From Candidatus Pacearchaeota archaeon (GTDB lineage: Archaea > Nanobdellota > Nanobdellia > Pacearchaeales > GW2011-AR1), in NCBI GenBank assembly GCA_016866975.1, contig VGKP01000014.1:1-19864 (forward strand): a stretch of 19,864 nucleotides of DNA. The letters are read 5' to 3'. Position 1 is the first letter of the stretch, and each line of letters opens with the position of its first letter. Under the pieces are notes generated by a model. That model did no database searches and had not been told where the DNA came from. It saw only the letters and a list, made by a program, of their open reading frames with translations. Below are positions 7,905 through 16,414 of the stretch, one piece after another. The translations under genes and the position numbers were made by a program.

Positions 7905-9225
7905 TCCCTGTAATACTCATCTCTTTCATTTTCTTCCAGGAGGTCTTGAGGAACTTATTAATACATTCTCTTGCAGATCCAGAAGTCTTTACGCGCGCAT
8001 GCAAGAAACCATTCTTCTTAAATACATTTTTATGTTCCTTTCTGAATGCATTGGCATGCTTTTCCATCTTCAAGGGCGGACCTATTTTTACTATCTCTTT
8101 CTTGGCCTTTAGTACAAAATAAATCTCGGCACTTTCATCGCAATCGTATTGGAATGCCTTAGAGAAAATCTCAAATTCTTTTATCAGTTCAAGAGACAAG
8201 AACTCGAAAAATTTCTTGAGTTTAGTCCCTGCGATATCTCCCGCTTGTTTGTCAGTAGATATATTTAAGTGCAATAATTCTGCCTTATTTTCCAGAGCCA
8301 GTTTTTCTAGCTCTTTCTTGTCTATGGCATGGAATATAAAATATTCCTTAGAAGGCCTTCTGATAAACTCTCCAGCAGCCTTCTTGAATACTTCAAAACT
8401 TTCCCTGCTCAATGCAGCAAGGGCATTTCGCTCTTTCCAAGTAGGGTCTATAAGGATTATGGGGCTTTGCAGCTTGCTTTCATTCATCAATATTAGGAGA
8501 TTGTCTTTCTTCCCATACTGCTTTTCAGGGTCAATAACAATTCTCTTTTCTGCCTTTGAAAGCGCCCTGATCATTTTTAAGAAAGAGCCATAATAAAGGA
8601 TTAGGCACTCTAAAGCATATCCGGAGAATCCTTGTATATAACTCTCTGCCCCATATACTCCTTGTGCTCTGCAAAAAGTCTTTGCTAGCGCTACTTCATT
8701 GTTGAATTCAGGATGTCTCGCAATATATTTTTTAAAATACTTTACATGGAAGTAGCTGAGGTCAGTGACATTTCTCGCCTCTCGCGGATGTTTTATGGAT
8801 ATCACAGGAATTATTTCAAATGATAAGTAAGATGAAAAATTCAGCCTGAAATAGTCCCTGCTTCCATGTATTTTATCTATCTTAATATCTCTGTTTTTTC
8901 CAAACGCATTGTGCACCACTCTTTCCAGTATCGAGGACAGTTCTTCATATCTTTGGTCAAATCGGACATAGACGTCTATATCATGTACCTGTTTTTTCAC
9001 CATTGTCCTCTTTGCAAAGCTTCCTCCTAGAAATACTTCGGCACCTATCTTGTTTTTTCTCAGAGAAATTTTCAATTTTTCTACAACTTTTTTGCTCTCC
9101 TCTTCCAACCATTTGTACTGATTTTCAATGGGAGTAAGATCCAACCCCTTGACCACTTGTCCAATATTTTTCCCATATTTCTCTTTGAGGCGTATAGTCT
9201 CACCCACATATCTTTTGAATTGCAT
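7888..9225 (-). CDS. cca: Archaeal (class I) tRNA CCA-adding enzyme
   Basis: Nucleotidyltransferase motif FLGGSFAKRT...HDIDVYV, plus GVYGAESYIQGFSGYALE and PIILIDPT..ERNALAAL. Start is uncertain: ATG 9225 is used here, and the frame is open to TTG 9246. Confidence 0.92.
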   Translation of the reverse strand: MQFKRYVGETIRLKEKYGKNIGQVVKGLDLTPIENQYKWLEEESKKVVEKLKISLRKNKIGAEVFLGGSFAKRTMVKKQVHDIDVYVRFDQRYEELSSILERVVHNAFGKNRDIKIDKIHGSRDYFRLNFSSYLSFEIIPVISIKHPREARNVTDLSYFHVKYFKKYIARHPEFNNEVALAKTFCRAQGVYGAESYIQGFSGYALECLILYYGSFLKMIRALSKAEKRIVIDPEKQYGKKDNLLILMNESKLQSPIILIDPTWKERNALAALSRESFEVFKKAAGEFIRRPSKEYFIFHAIDKKELEKLALENKAELLHLNISTDKQAGDIAGTKLKKFFEFLSLELIKEFEIFSKAFQYDCDESAEIYFVLKAKKEIVKIGPPLKMEKHANAFRKEHKNVFKKNGFLHARVKTSGSARECINKFLKTSWKKMKEMSITGIKILD

Positions 9226-9249
9226 CCTCAAAACAATGATCGTCAATAT

Positions 9250-9684
9250 TTAAACTCGCGCTTCCTTTTTCTCTCCACCAAATATGCTAGACAGGTCTAC
9301 AATATATTTTCCGTCTTCCAATTGATATACTCTAGGTCTTTCCTTAGATAGAAGCTTTTGCAGATCCAAAAGATATTTTCCAGGTTTCAATACTCTTATG
9401 CTCTCAAAATCAAGGAATACGGGCTGTTCTTCATCTTTTATCCCAGTTATATCTCTTATGTCCTCTTCTATCTGTTTCTTTTCACCAGTACTAAGGTTGA
9501 GAACCAGGTCTTCAGCGCTATTATTTCCAGGAATAGACGGATGAGCCATGTTGCTTGATATCAGTTTCAATTTATCTTCTTTTATATAAAAGAAGAATTT
9601 TCTTTTACAGTTAGAACATCCATTTAGTACTTCTTGAGCTCCATCTTTGTAAGTAGAAGAGCAATGAACACACCGATATGCCAT
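9250..9684 (-). CDS. oapC: OapC Zn-ribbon protein (DUF2072-like origin-associated protein C)
   Basis: N-terminal CVHC...CSNC..KFFFY and C-terminal ESIRVLKPGKYLLDL. Third gene of the GTPase-DUF2073-Zn-ribbon triad. Confidence 0.88.
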   Translation of the reverse strand: MAYRCVHCSSTYKDGAQEVLNGCSNCKRKFFFYIKEDKLKLISSNMAHPSIPGNNSAEDLVLNLSTGEKKQIEEDIRDITGIKDEEQPVFLDFESIRVLKPGKYLLDLQKLLSKERPRVYQLEDGKYIVDLSSIFGGEKKEARV

Positions 9685-9732
9685 AATCCCTAAAAACCTG
9701 CAAACTTAATAAAGTTTTAGATGATTGCCAAT

Positions 9733-10116
9733 TCACTTAAACAATAACTCAACTTTTTTAGGATCTCTCTTTATCTCCTTCACTACGCTTGAGGGTCCTA
9801 TGACTGTCAGTGCAGAACTGTCTCCTACAAGCCTTCTTGCTAGGCCATATTTCATCTTAACAAATATAGTCTTGTCCCTTAGGTCAGGCTCAATCACTGC
9901 AAGCTCAATGCCCCTGAAATTCTTAATATGCCCTACAAGGGCCATTGTGTCCTCAATCAATCTTGCCTCTTCTTCTGCTCTCAATCTTCCATGTATCATG
10001 ACTATCTTATTGTTCAAGATCAGGCTAAGTATCTTTTTTACTCTCTCAGATATGCTTAAGTCAGCTATCTCCGAATACGGAATGACTTGCAAGCTTAAAC
10101 CCTCTATTTTTTTCAT
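9733..10116 (-). CDS. oapB: OapB (DUF2073-like origin-associated protein B)
   Basis: KIVMIHGRLRAEEEARLIEDTM...FRGIELAVI...LTVIGP. ATGA overlap with oapA. Confidence 0.88.
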   Translation of the reverse strand: MKKIEGLSLQVIPYSEIADLSISERVKKILSLILNNKIVMIHGRLRAEEEARLIEDTMALVGHIKNFRGIELAVIEPDLRDKTIFVKMKYGLARRLVGDSSALTVIGPSSVVKEIKRDPKKVELLFK

Positions 10117-12152
10117 ACTGTTTTGCTGAGCCTGAATACTGCTTCGTAAAATTCCTCCATATTTAATCCTTCTTTTGCGGAGATTCCAACAACTTCATAT
10201 TCTGGGAAAGCCGCGGCCACTTTTGCGACATCTGCCTTCTTTATATCTATCTTATTTGCAGCTATGAGCACAGGAATCTTCCTAGCCACAAGATTTCCTA
10301 TTATAGTGATATTCACTTGGGAATAAGGGTTTTCCGTAGCGTCAAGGACAACTATCACTGCATCCATATCATCAAGCCACCGTATCGATTCTATGATTCC
10401 TTGGGTGGCTTCTTTTGCTCTCTTCTTTGCATCTCCTTTTTTGACACCGAATTTCAAGAACTCTTCATAATCTATTTTTGTCGCGATACCTGGAGTGTCG
10501 ATGAGCTTAAATACGAGAGTTTTGCCCTTATGCTTTATCTCTACACGTTCCTTAAACTGAACTTCTCGTGTCTCATGCGGTATCTTGCTCACGACGCCAA
10601 TCTCCTCTCCTGTCCAGTCCTTGCATATTCTGTTTGCAAGGCTTGTATTATGCGCGATAAGACCATTGGAAATAATGAAAGTATGTGTATCTTCTACGGT
10701 GAGATCATAAACATAATCATCATACGTTTCTTTTTCAATAGATATAATTTCATCCCAGAGGGCATCTGCGTGAGCAAGTTTCTGTACAAAAGGATTGTCT
10801 AATTGATCAGCCATATCCTTAATCCTATGGTAAGTGATACGATTATCTCTTCGCATTCGCGCAATATGCTTATCATCAAGGAAAAATTCCTCCTGCGTTA
10901 AACCCGACTTCTTTTGAATTTCTTCCAATAACTCTACGATAGGAAGGGCAAATAGATTTCTTTTGAGGCCAGCAGCACACAAAATAGAGAGATTTTCTGA
11001 TTTATAGCCTATATCAAATCCTATATATTTCTTAAAGAGTCGATGATTATCACTTCCTCCAATAAGGAGGCGATAATAGGGATTGCCTTTAATGATTTTC
11101 TCTTTAAATCTCCCAACAATTCCAAAACGATTTAACAAGAGTTGAACTTGTTCAGTAAGTTTTTTACTCTTACTCGTAAATTCTATCTCTGCTCCACGGA
11201 TTCGGGCAGTTTTAGGAACATATCCTTCACAATCAAACATTCTGCGTAAAAAGAGTGCAGTAAGATTGTCAGGTAATCCCATAAGTTGCGCAGGAATTTT
11301 CTTGCCTCCAGCAGTTGCTGGTTTCATATCAAAAACATCAGAAAGCCAGTCACAGAGAGTCTTAGAATAAATTTCAATTTGAGGTATACCTTTGTTTATA
11401 CGATAAATGGTAGGCAGTTTAAAGACATTCTTAGCAATGGAATCAAAGTGATTAAGAAGTTTAGGATTTGTGTTGCTAAAGACTATTCTATTAGCACCAT
11501 GATGACTCTCTGTTAGAACATATGCAATAAAACTGACCATATCTTCATTAATGTATGTTGGAATAGATATCGATTTAGGCTTATGAAATTTAGAAAGAGT
11601 TTGAATTTGACCATTGCAGGTTGTAAAGAGGGCCTGAGTTATCTGAGGAATTTCTACTAAAGTATTAAGTGCTATCTTCTTAGTAATTCCTACACATTCA
11701 CTGACTTTCAAATTGCCGCTTCGTACATACTCCACACCATTATTGGAGATGCGCATAAGAGGATGATTAGGGGTAACGCGTATTTTCCTACCCGAGCGAG
11801 TCTTAATATTCAATATTTCTCCAGTATATTTTTGAGCATAGACATAAGTTACTTTTTGAGGGACAATTTTCATGCTTTCGATATCAAAACTAGGGAGGAT
11901 AATATTGGAATCTGAGGCATCAATATAAATTTCCTTATATCCATCTTCTTTAGGGGCACCTTTATCTTCTCGTACTTGATTAAATATTTCTTTAATAGGC
12001 TTAACCTGGCCATTCTGTAAAACGACTTCAGTTTCTGGAGCAACACACTTTCCAGCATTCGGAGGTCCGTAAAAGCCTATCTTAATATGTTCTTTTCTTC
12101 GAAAAAGACCACGCAAAACCCTCCTCGAGAAATTCTTCAAAATTCGCAACAT
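10113..12152 (-). CDS. oapA: OapA Era-like GTPase precursor containing an intein (679 aa precursor, 212 aa after splicing)
   Basis: Removing residues 36-502 restores G1 GPPNAGK|TS, G2 (HETRE), G3 DTPG, G4 NKID and G5 SAK. Directly followed by oapB and oapC. Confidence 0.92.
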   Translation of the reverse strand: MLRILKNFSRRVLRGLFRRKEHIKIGFYGPPNAGKCVAPETEVVLQNGQVKPIKEIFNQVREDKGAPKEDGYKEIYIDASDSNIILPSFDIESMKIVPQKVTYVYAQKYTGEILNIKTRSGRKIRVTPNHPLMRISNNGVEYVRSGNLKVSECVGITKKIALNTLVEIPQITQALFTTCNGQIQTLSKFHKPKSISIPTYINEDMVSFIAYVLTESHHGANRIVFSNTNPKLLNHFDSIAKNVFKLPTIYRINKGIPQIEIYSKTLCDWLSDVFDMKPATAGGKKIPAQLMGLPDNLTALFLRRMFDCEGYVPKTARIRGAEIEFTSKSKKLTEQVQLLLNRFGIVGRFKEKIIKGNPYYRLLIGGSDNHRLFKKYIGFDIGYKSENLSILCAAGLKRNLFALPIVELLEEIQKKSGLTQEEFFLDDKHIARMRRDNRITYHRIKDMADQLDNPFVQKLAHADALWDEIISIEKETYDDYVYDLTVEDTHTFIISNGLIAHNTSLANRICKDWTGEEIGVVSKIPHETREVQFKERVEIKHKGKTLVFKLIDTPGIATKIDYEEFLKFGVKKGDAKKRAKEATQGIIESIRWLDDMDAVIVVLDATENPYSQVNITIIGNLVARKIPVLIAANKIDIKKADVAKVAAAFPEYEVVGISAKEGLNMEEFYEAVFRLSKTV
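10647..12047 (-). mobile_element. Intein with LAGLIDADG homing endonuclease, 467 aa (Cys36-Asn502, +1 Thr)
   Basis: Block A CVAPETEV (TGT at 12047-12045), block B RVTPNHPL, LAGLIDADG-type motifs FIAYVLTES and FLRRMFDCEGYV, block H SKSKKLTEQVQLLLNRFGI, blocks F/G VYDLTVEDTHTFIISNGLIAHN (AAT at 10649-10647) followed by Thr. Confidence 0.96.
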
Positions 12153-12157
12153 GATAG

Positions 12158-14827
12158 TCAGAAAGAAGGTCTTTTAATAAATCTTGCGTCTATCGGTTCT
12201 TCCTGCCTTTTCTCTATTTCTTTCTTCACTTTCCTGTTCTCTAAGAACTTGAATATCGGTATTTCATACATCCCAGTTCTTTTTCCGTCTATTTTTTTCA
12301 GCGCATAGACAATTTGTTCAGAATTCCAGCCAGTCTCAGCCAATTTTTTCCTTATATCTCCATCTGTAAGACTTTGCGCTCGGGCATTGTATATAAAATT
12401 GACCATATTATAAAGGTCGTCTGAGTTATGGAATAGATGGCCTTCATATCTTCTCTTATACCACTCCTGAAGTATGATATAAACAATTAGGAAAAGCAGT
12501 ATTGTGGCAATCACTCCGCTCCACGCTGTTTTCCAAGGGTTATATATGAAGAATGGTTTTGCCTCGACTTTTTCACTTTCAAGATATTTAATATCTGGAG
12601 CAAGATATGCTCCCAATGAAGATAGTTCTATGTTTCCAGGAAATGCAAATGATATAGTTTTATCTTCAGATATAGGTATTGCAATGCCATTTGAGCTTCC
12701 AGCACTTACTTCAAGAGACTCATAACTCTTATCAAAATAAATCTGTTTTTTTGGAGAGCCTATTATTACAAATGCAGGGCTGGCACTCTCAGATATTTTC
12801 TTTATATCCAACGTATAGAATGTAGCAATCTCAGACTCTTTCTCATCAAGTACCATAGAGTACACTTCTTTCTTTATATCTGCTTTATAGGAGCGATCAG
12901 TCCAGTTCACTATTGCCCTCTTTAGACTATCTTCACTTAAATCTTTTTCACCGACTTTTGATATCGATGCCAGATATTGCAAATTTGCATTTACAAGACC
13001 AGAAAGAAGCAAGTCTTCCTTTATCATGGATGGAGCTACTTGAGAAGGAACTTGTATCTTAAGCACTCCTTCGACAACAGCAGTATAATTTTCATCACTT
13101 GATGCGGAAGCATATATCTTTTGTAAATTCTCTAGCTCATTTTTCAGGCCAGTTACGTTGATTCTTTCTTCTATGTACTTTGCCTTCCAACTAGGGAGTT
13201 TTGCTATTTCAGAACTTAAGTTAGATATCTTTTGAGATATATATGGCATTAACAGCTTAGCAGAAGTATTTGCATTGCCCACAGAGACGGTGAAATTTTT
13301 CATGCTTATTGCACCATCTGATCTGGTCGCAGTCACTTCTAGGCTATTGTTCCCGGACTTGGTAAAAGTGTGATATACCACTCGACCTCTGACTGTCTCT
13401 GTCTTGCCATCCCCAAACTTCCAGACTGAATGTGAGATATTCTCCTTGCCGCCTATATTAAACAAGGTAGATAGCCCTATACTCGCTATATTTGGATAGA
13501 CATCAAAATCAAACCCTGCTTGCAGCGATAAAGGCACAGGATTAAACAGCCTATTGCTTCCCGCATATAGGGCAAAGAACGTCTCTTTAGTGCCTCTAGG
13601 GATCGTGAAATTGGCATGGTCTAGCGTTATGTTTATCTTTTCTGCGTTTATCACTGGAGTGGTGGGTTCCATCTGGAATAAACCAGTATTTGTCAATAAT
13701 GCTCCTTTTGATATGTATTTAAGTTCAGATATAGTGAAGCTGACTTGCTGACCAATGCCGCTTCTCAATACAAAAGGTATTGCACATCCTTTTGTACAAT
13801 TGCTGGAGTATATTTCTCCAAGATAAGTATTTAGGAGATTGACTAGGCTCTTCCCGCTGACTTGTACAACACTTGATTCGTTTATCTCAAATGCTGGTTG
13901 TGCAAATGTCAGTGCTTGCCCAGAAAGCGGATAATCTCTAGAGAATGAATTGGAATTCTTCTGTGATGTCCCGCATATAGGGCTTGAGGTCTCAGTAGAT
14001 AAGGTATAATTGCTCTCTATTCCCGGCTTCGCGCTAATACATAATAAGTAATCTTGGGTATAAGCTCTTGAGCTATTGATGATGCAGCCTAAGTCTCCTG
14101 AATGTGTAGAATGCTTAGGCAGTATACAAGAGTCTATCAATACCCAATTGGCATCATACAAAGTCAAAGTCAGCTCGGCATATGCTTTTGTGCTATTGAT
14201 AACAACAGCAGACAGATTATACCCTGGCCCAGTAGGCAATGTTATTTTTTCACAATAAGGGTTTTGTTGATTATTTGATATCTCAGCTATTTCAGTAGGA
14301 GAACTCGGCGAGAAGCACCCTCTTGCTTTCTCCCCACATCCAATCGCCTTATAATTTGCATTGACCAATGAGATATTTGAATCAAGAAGATCTGCGCGCA
14401 ATTGTCCGATGCATGATTCTGCAGCATCACTGTTCACAGACAACCTAAGAGACTGTATGCTGATATCTTCTCCCGTAAGGTTGAACCCTACTGTCTTATT
14501 CTCGACTGTCATTGTCAAAGGAGAGGTAAACAAGCCCTTTGCACTCACAGCAGTTGTGCAGTTCTTAGTGTTGCACTTATATTCATTCCCCTCGGAAAAA
14601 CTATTTCTCCTCAATAGATCTATTAAGCTGATAGATCCCTGGAAATTGCTGCTTATATTTAATGTAGGGTTTTCATTTATTATCTTGAGCTGCACATTTC
14701 CTCTTATCACATCCCCTCCCTGATATCCCGATGTCTTTATGCTTATATTTACCCCATCAATACTAGCAGCCACAACAGGCAACAATACGACAATCAAAAA
14801 CAACCCCCAAAACATGCCCCTTTTCAT
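12158..14827 (-). CDS. Large single-pass membrane-anchored surface protein with PKD domain, 889 aa
   Basis: N-terminal signal peptide, Cys-containing ectodomain with many NxS/T sites, PKD motif VWKFGDGKT...VYHTFTKSG, TM helix (AWSGVIATILLFLIVYIIL) and a cytoplasmic tail of about 100 aa. Confidence 0.85.
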   Translation of the reverse strand: MKRGMFWGLFLIVVLLPVVAASIDGVNISIKTSGYQGGDVIRGNVQLKIINENPTLNISSNFQGSISLIDLLRRNSFSEGNEYKCNTKNCTTAVSAKGLFTSPLTMTVENKTVGFNLTGEDISIQSLRLSVNSDAAESCIGQLRADLLDSNISLVNANYKAIGCGEKARGCFSPSSPTEIAEISNNQQNPYCEKITLPTGPGYNLSAVVINSTKAYAELTLTLYDANWVLIDSCILPKHSTHSGDLGCIINSSRAYTQDYLLCISAKPGIESNYTLSTETSSPICGTSQKNSNSFSRDYPLSGQALTFAQPAFEINESSVVQVSGKSLVNLLNTYLGEIYSSNCTKGCAIPFVLRSGIGQQVSFTISELKYISKGALLTNTGLFQMEPTTPVINAEKINITLDHANFTIPRGTKETFFALYAGSNRLFNPVPLSLQAGFDFDVYPNIASIGLSTLFNIGGKENISHSVWKFGDGKTETVRGRVVYHTFTKSGNNSLEVTATRSDGAISMKNFTVSVGNANTSAKLLMPYISQKISNLSSEIAKLPSWKAKYIEERINVTGLKNELENLQKIYASASSDENYTAVVEGVLKIQVPSQVAPSMIKEDLLLSGLVNANLQYLASISKVGEKDLSEDSLKRAIVNWTDRSYKADIKKEVYSMVLDEKESEIATFYTLDIKKISESASPAFVIIGSPKKQIYFDKSYESLEVSAGSSNGIAIPISEDKTISFAFPGNIELSSLGAYLAPDIKYLESEKVEAKPFFIYNPWKTAWSGVIATILLFLIVYIILQEWYKRRYEGHLFHNSDDLYNMVNFIYNARAQSLTDGDIRKKLAETGWNSEQIVYALKKIDGKRTGMYEIPIFKFLENRKVKKEIEKRQEEPIDARFIKRPSF

Positions 14828-14848
14828 CTCTCTGATTATCTTCGATTC

Positions 14849-14856
14849 TTTAAAAA
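14849..14856 (-). promoter_or_regulatory. TATA box of the PKD-oapABC-cca gene run
   Basis: Minus strand TTTTTAAA lies 21 nt before ATG 14827, the same spacing as the other leaderless promoters. Confidence 0.45.
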
Positions 14857-14898
14857 TATAGCGTTAAATTAAAAAAGGCCATATAGCTTCTCTGTCTC

Positions 14899-15339
14899 AT
14901 GGGTGAGAGAATCGGGGTGCGCCCCTGCGCCATATTGATAGAAGATAACAAGGTTCTTTGTATTAGTTGCAAGTATGAAGATGGAGAATATTTTCTTTTT
15001 CCAGGAGGGGGTCTTGAAGCAGGAGAGACTATGGAAGAAGCTGCAATCCGTGAGATGTTTGAGGAGACAGGATTAATTGTGAAATCAAAGAAACTTATTT
15101 ATGTTAACGATTGGATAAAAGACAGAAAGACAAACACTAGAGTTTTAAACGTCTTTTTCTGGGTAGAGAGGATAGGAGGGAATATAATCCAGGGAGAAAA
15201 AGATGGAGGCAAGGTCAAGGAAGTTGTTTGGATACCTCTGAAGGATATCCATAAAATAGATTTTAGGCCGCACCACCTTGCACAAAGACTAAAAGAAGAC
15301 TATCAAAGAAGATTCTCAGAAGTACCTTATTTTAACTGA
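14899..15339 (+). CDS. Nudix hydrolase, 146 aa
   Basis: Complete Nudix box GGLEAGETMEEAAIREMFEETGL (GX5EX7REUXEEXGU). Confidence 0.93.
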   Translation: MGERIGVRPCAILIEDNKVLCISCKYEDGEYFLFPGGGLEAGETMEEAAIREMFEETGLIVKSKKLIYVNDWIKDRKTNTRVLNVFFWVERIGGNIIQGEKDGGKVKEVVWIPLKDIHKIDFRPHHLAQRLKEDYQRRFSEVPYFN

Positions 15340-15382
15340 TTTTTCTTACTTTTCTAGCAGGATCTTTATCTTTTTTAAACCC

Positions 15383-15396
15383 AAAAGATTTATATA
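15383..15396 (+). promoter_or_regulatory. BRE/TATA promoter of the 308-aa secreted protein gene
   Basis: AAAAG-A-TTTATATA lies 34 nt before ATG 15431. Confidence 0.5.
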
Positions 15397-15430
15397 TAAG
15401 TAGTCACCATATAATAGTGTCAAAAACACC

Positions 15431-16357
15431 ATGAAAAAGACATTAGAATCTCTTATAAGAAGAGCAAAAGATGCTGTCAAAAAGACAGCCACAGCCTTGG
15501 GTGCAACAGCAGCTATAGCCACAGCCACTACCTTCCCTCAGCAAGCAAATGCCGATGTGTATTTGACTATGGAATCCCAGAATGGACTAGGTCTTCAATT
15601 ACCTCATTCATCTAAAAATAATCCTGGAGTAGACATCCATATATATGCAGACAACACCACTGAATCAGATTCTACGGGAAGCATAGAAATTACCTCCCTC
15701 AAAGCTCCACCTTGTTTTGAATATTGGGGCGCCTTTATTATGGATCCTTATGTAAATTATTATGATGACTTAATTATACCTCCCTCCCCTTCCAGGGACT
15801 TTTTCTATCCAAAGCCATTAAAACATGGTGAAAATTATATTGGTCCCATTAAAGGCAAGAGAAGCGTAGACCTGTCCAATACAAGTCTATCTCCTCTCAG
15901 TCTTGCTCAAAAAGGTGTAATAAATAAAAAAGGATTAATAGGGATTATAAGTTATGGGTTAAAATCAGATACTCCTACAGGAAAATATCAATTTGAGATT
16001 CAAGGCATAGCAAAGAGGCCAAATGGAACAATTCAACAAACAAAAGGCAGTATATTTACTATAAATATTGTTCAAGATAAAGACTATTTTGATAAAACTC
16101 CTCTTCTTACTCAAGATATGAATTATGCTCCAGGAACTACCAAGAAAGTCCCAATACTTAGAGTTAGCGGTTACAAAAAACCAGTCCAGCTTCAGGCTTC
16201 TTCAGACCTAAAGACTTGGCAGACAATAGCCACAAGTCCTTTTAGTATTAAAGATTATGTTCCAGAACAGGAGAGAGATATATGGGCTGCCTTTAATCAT
16301 GTAGACAAAGAAGCCGAAAAATATCCAGCTAGATTTTATAGATTATTTGTCCCTTAA
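15431..16357 (+). CDS. Secreted hypothetical protein (beta-rich, possibly cohesin-like domain plus distinctive C-terminal module), 308 aa
   Basis: Basic n-region, Ala/Thr-rich h-region and AxA cleavage site (QANA|DV). C-terminal motif LQASSDLKTW...FNHVD...PARFYR. No TM anchor. The cohesin-like fold is a guess. Confidence 0.8.
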   Translation: MKKTLESLIRRAKDAVKKTATALGATAAIATATTFPQQANADVYLTMESQNGLGLQLPHSSKNNPGVDIHIYADNTTESDSTGSIEITSLKAPPCFEYWGAFIMDPYVNYYDDLIIPPSPSRDFFYPKPLKHGENYIGPIKGKRSVDLSNTSLSPLSLAQKGVINKKGLIGIISYGLKSDTPTGKYQFEIQGIAKRPNGTIQQTKGSIFTINIVQDKDYFDKTPLLTQDMNYAPGTTKKVPILRVSGYKKPVQLQASSDLKTWQTIATSPFSIKDYVPEQERDIWAAFNHVDKEAEKYPARFYRLFVP

Positions 16358-16414
16358 TCTCGTTGTTTGAGGTTTAAAGAATGCCTTTTTGCTTGTTACA
16401 ATCTAGATTATCTA

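Noticed and set aside
9685-9732. Replication origin next to the oap genes
   Set aside because: Intergenic gaps are too short, and no ORB repeats, AT-rich unwinding element or orc1/cdc6 gene are visible.
15340-15360. Oligo-T terminator after the Nudix gene
   Set aside because: The T-rich tract is interrupted and not distinguishable from background AT-rich intergenic sequence.
15431-15553. Twin-arginine (Tat) signal in the 308-aa protein
   Set aside because: IRRAKD does not fit the S/T-R-R-x-F-L consensus; a Sec-type signal is more likely.
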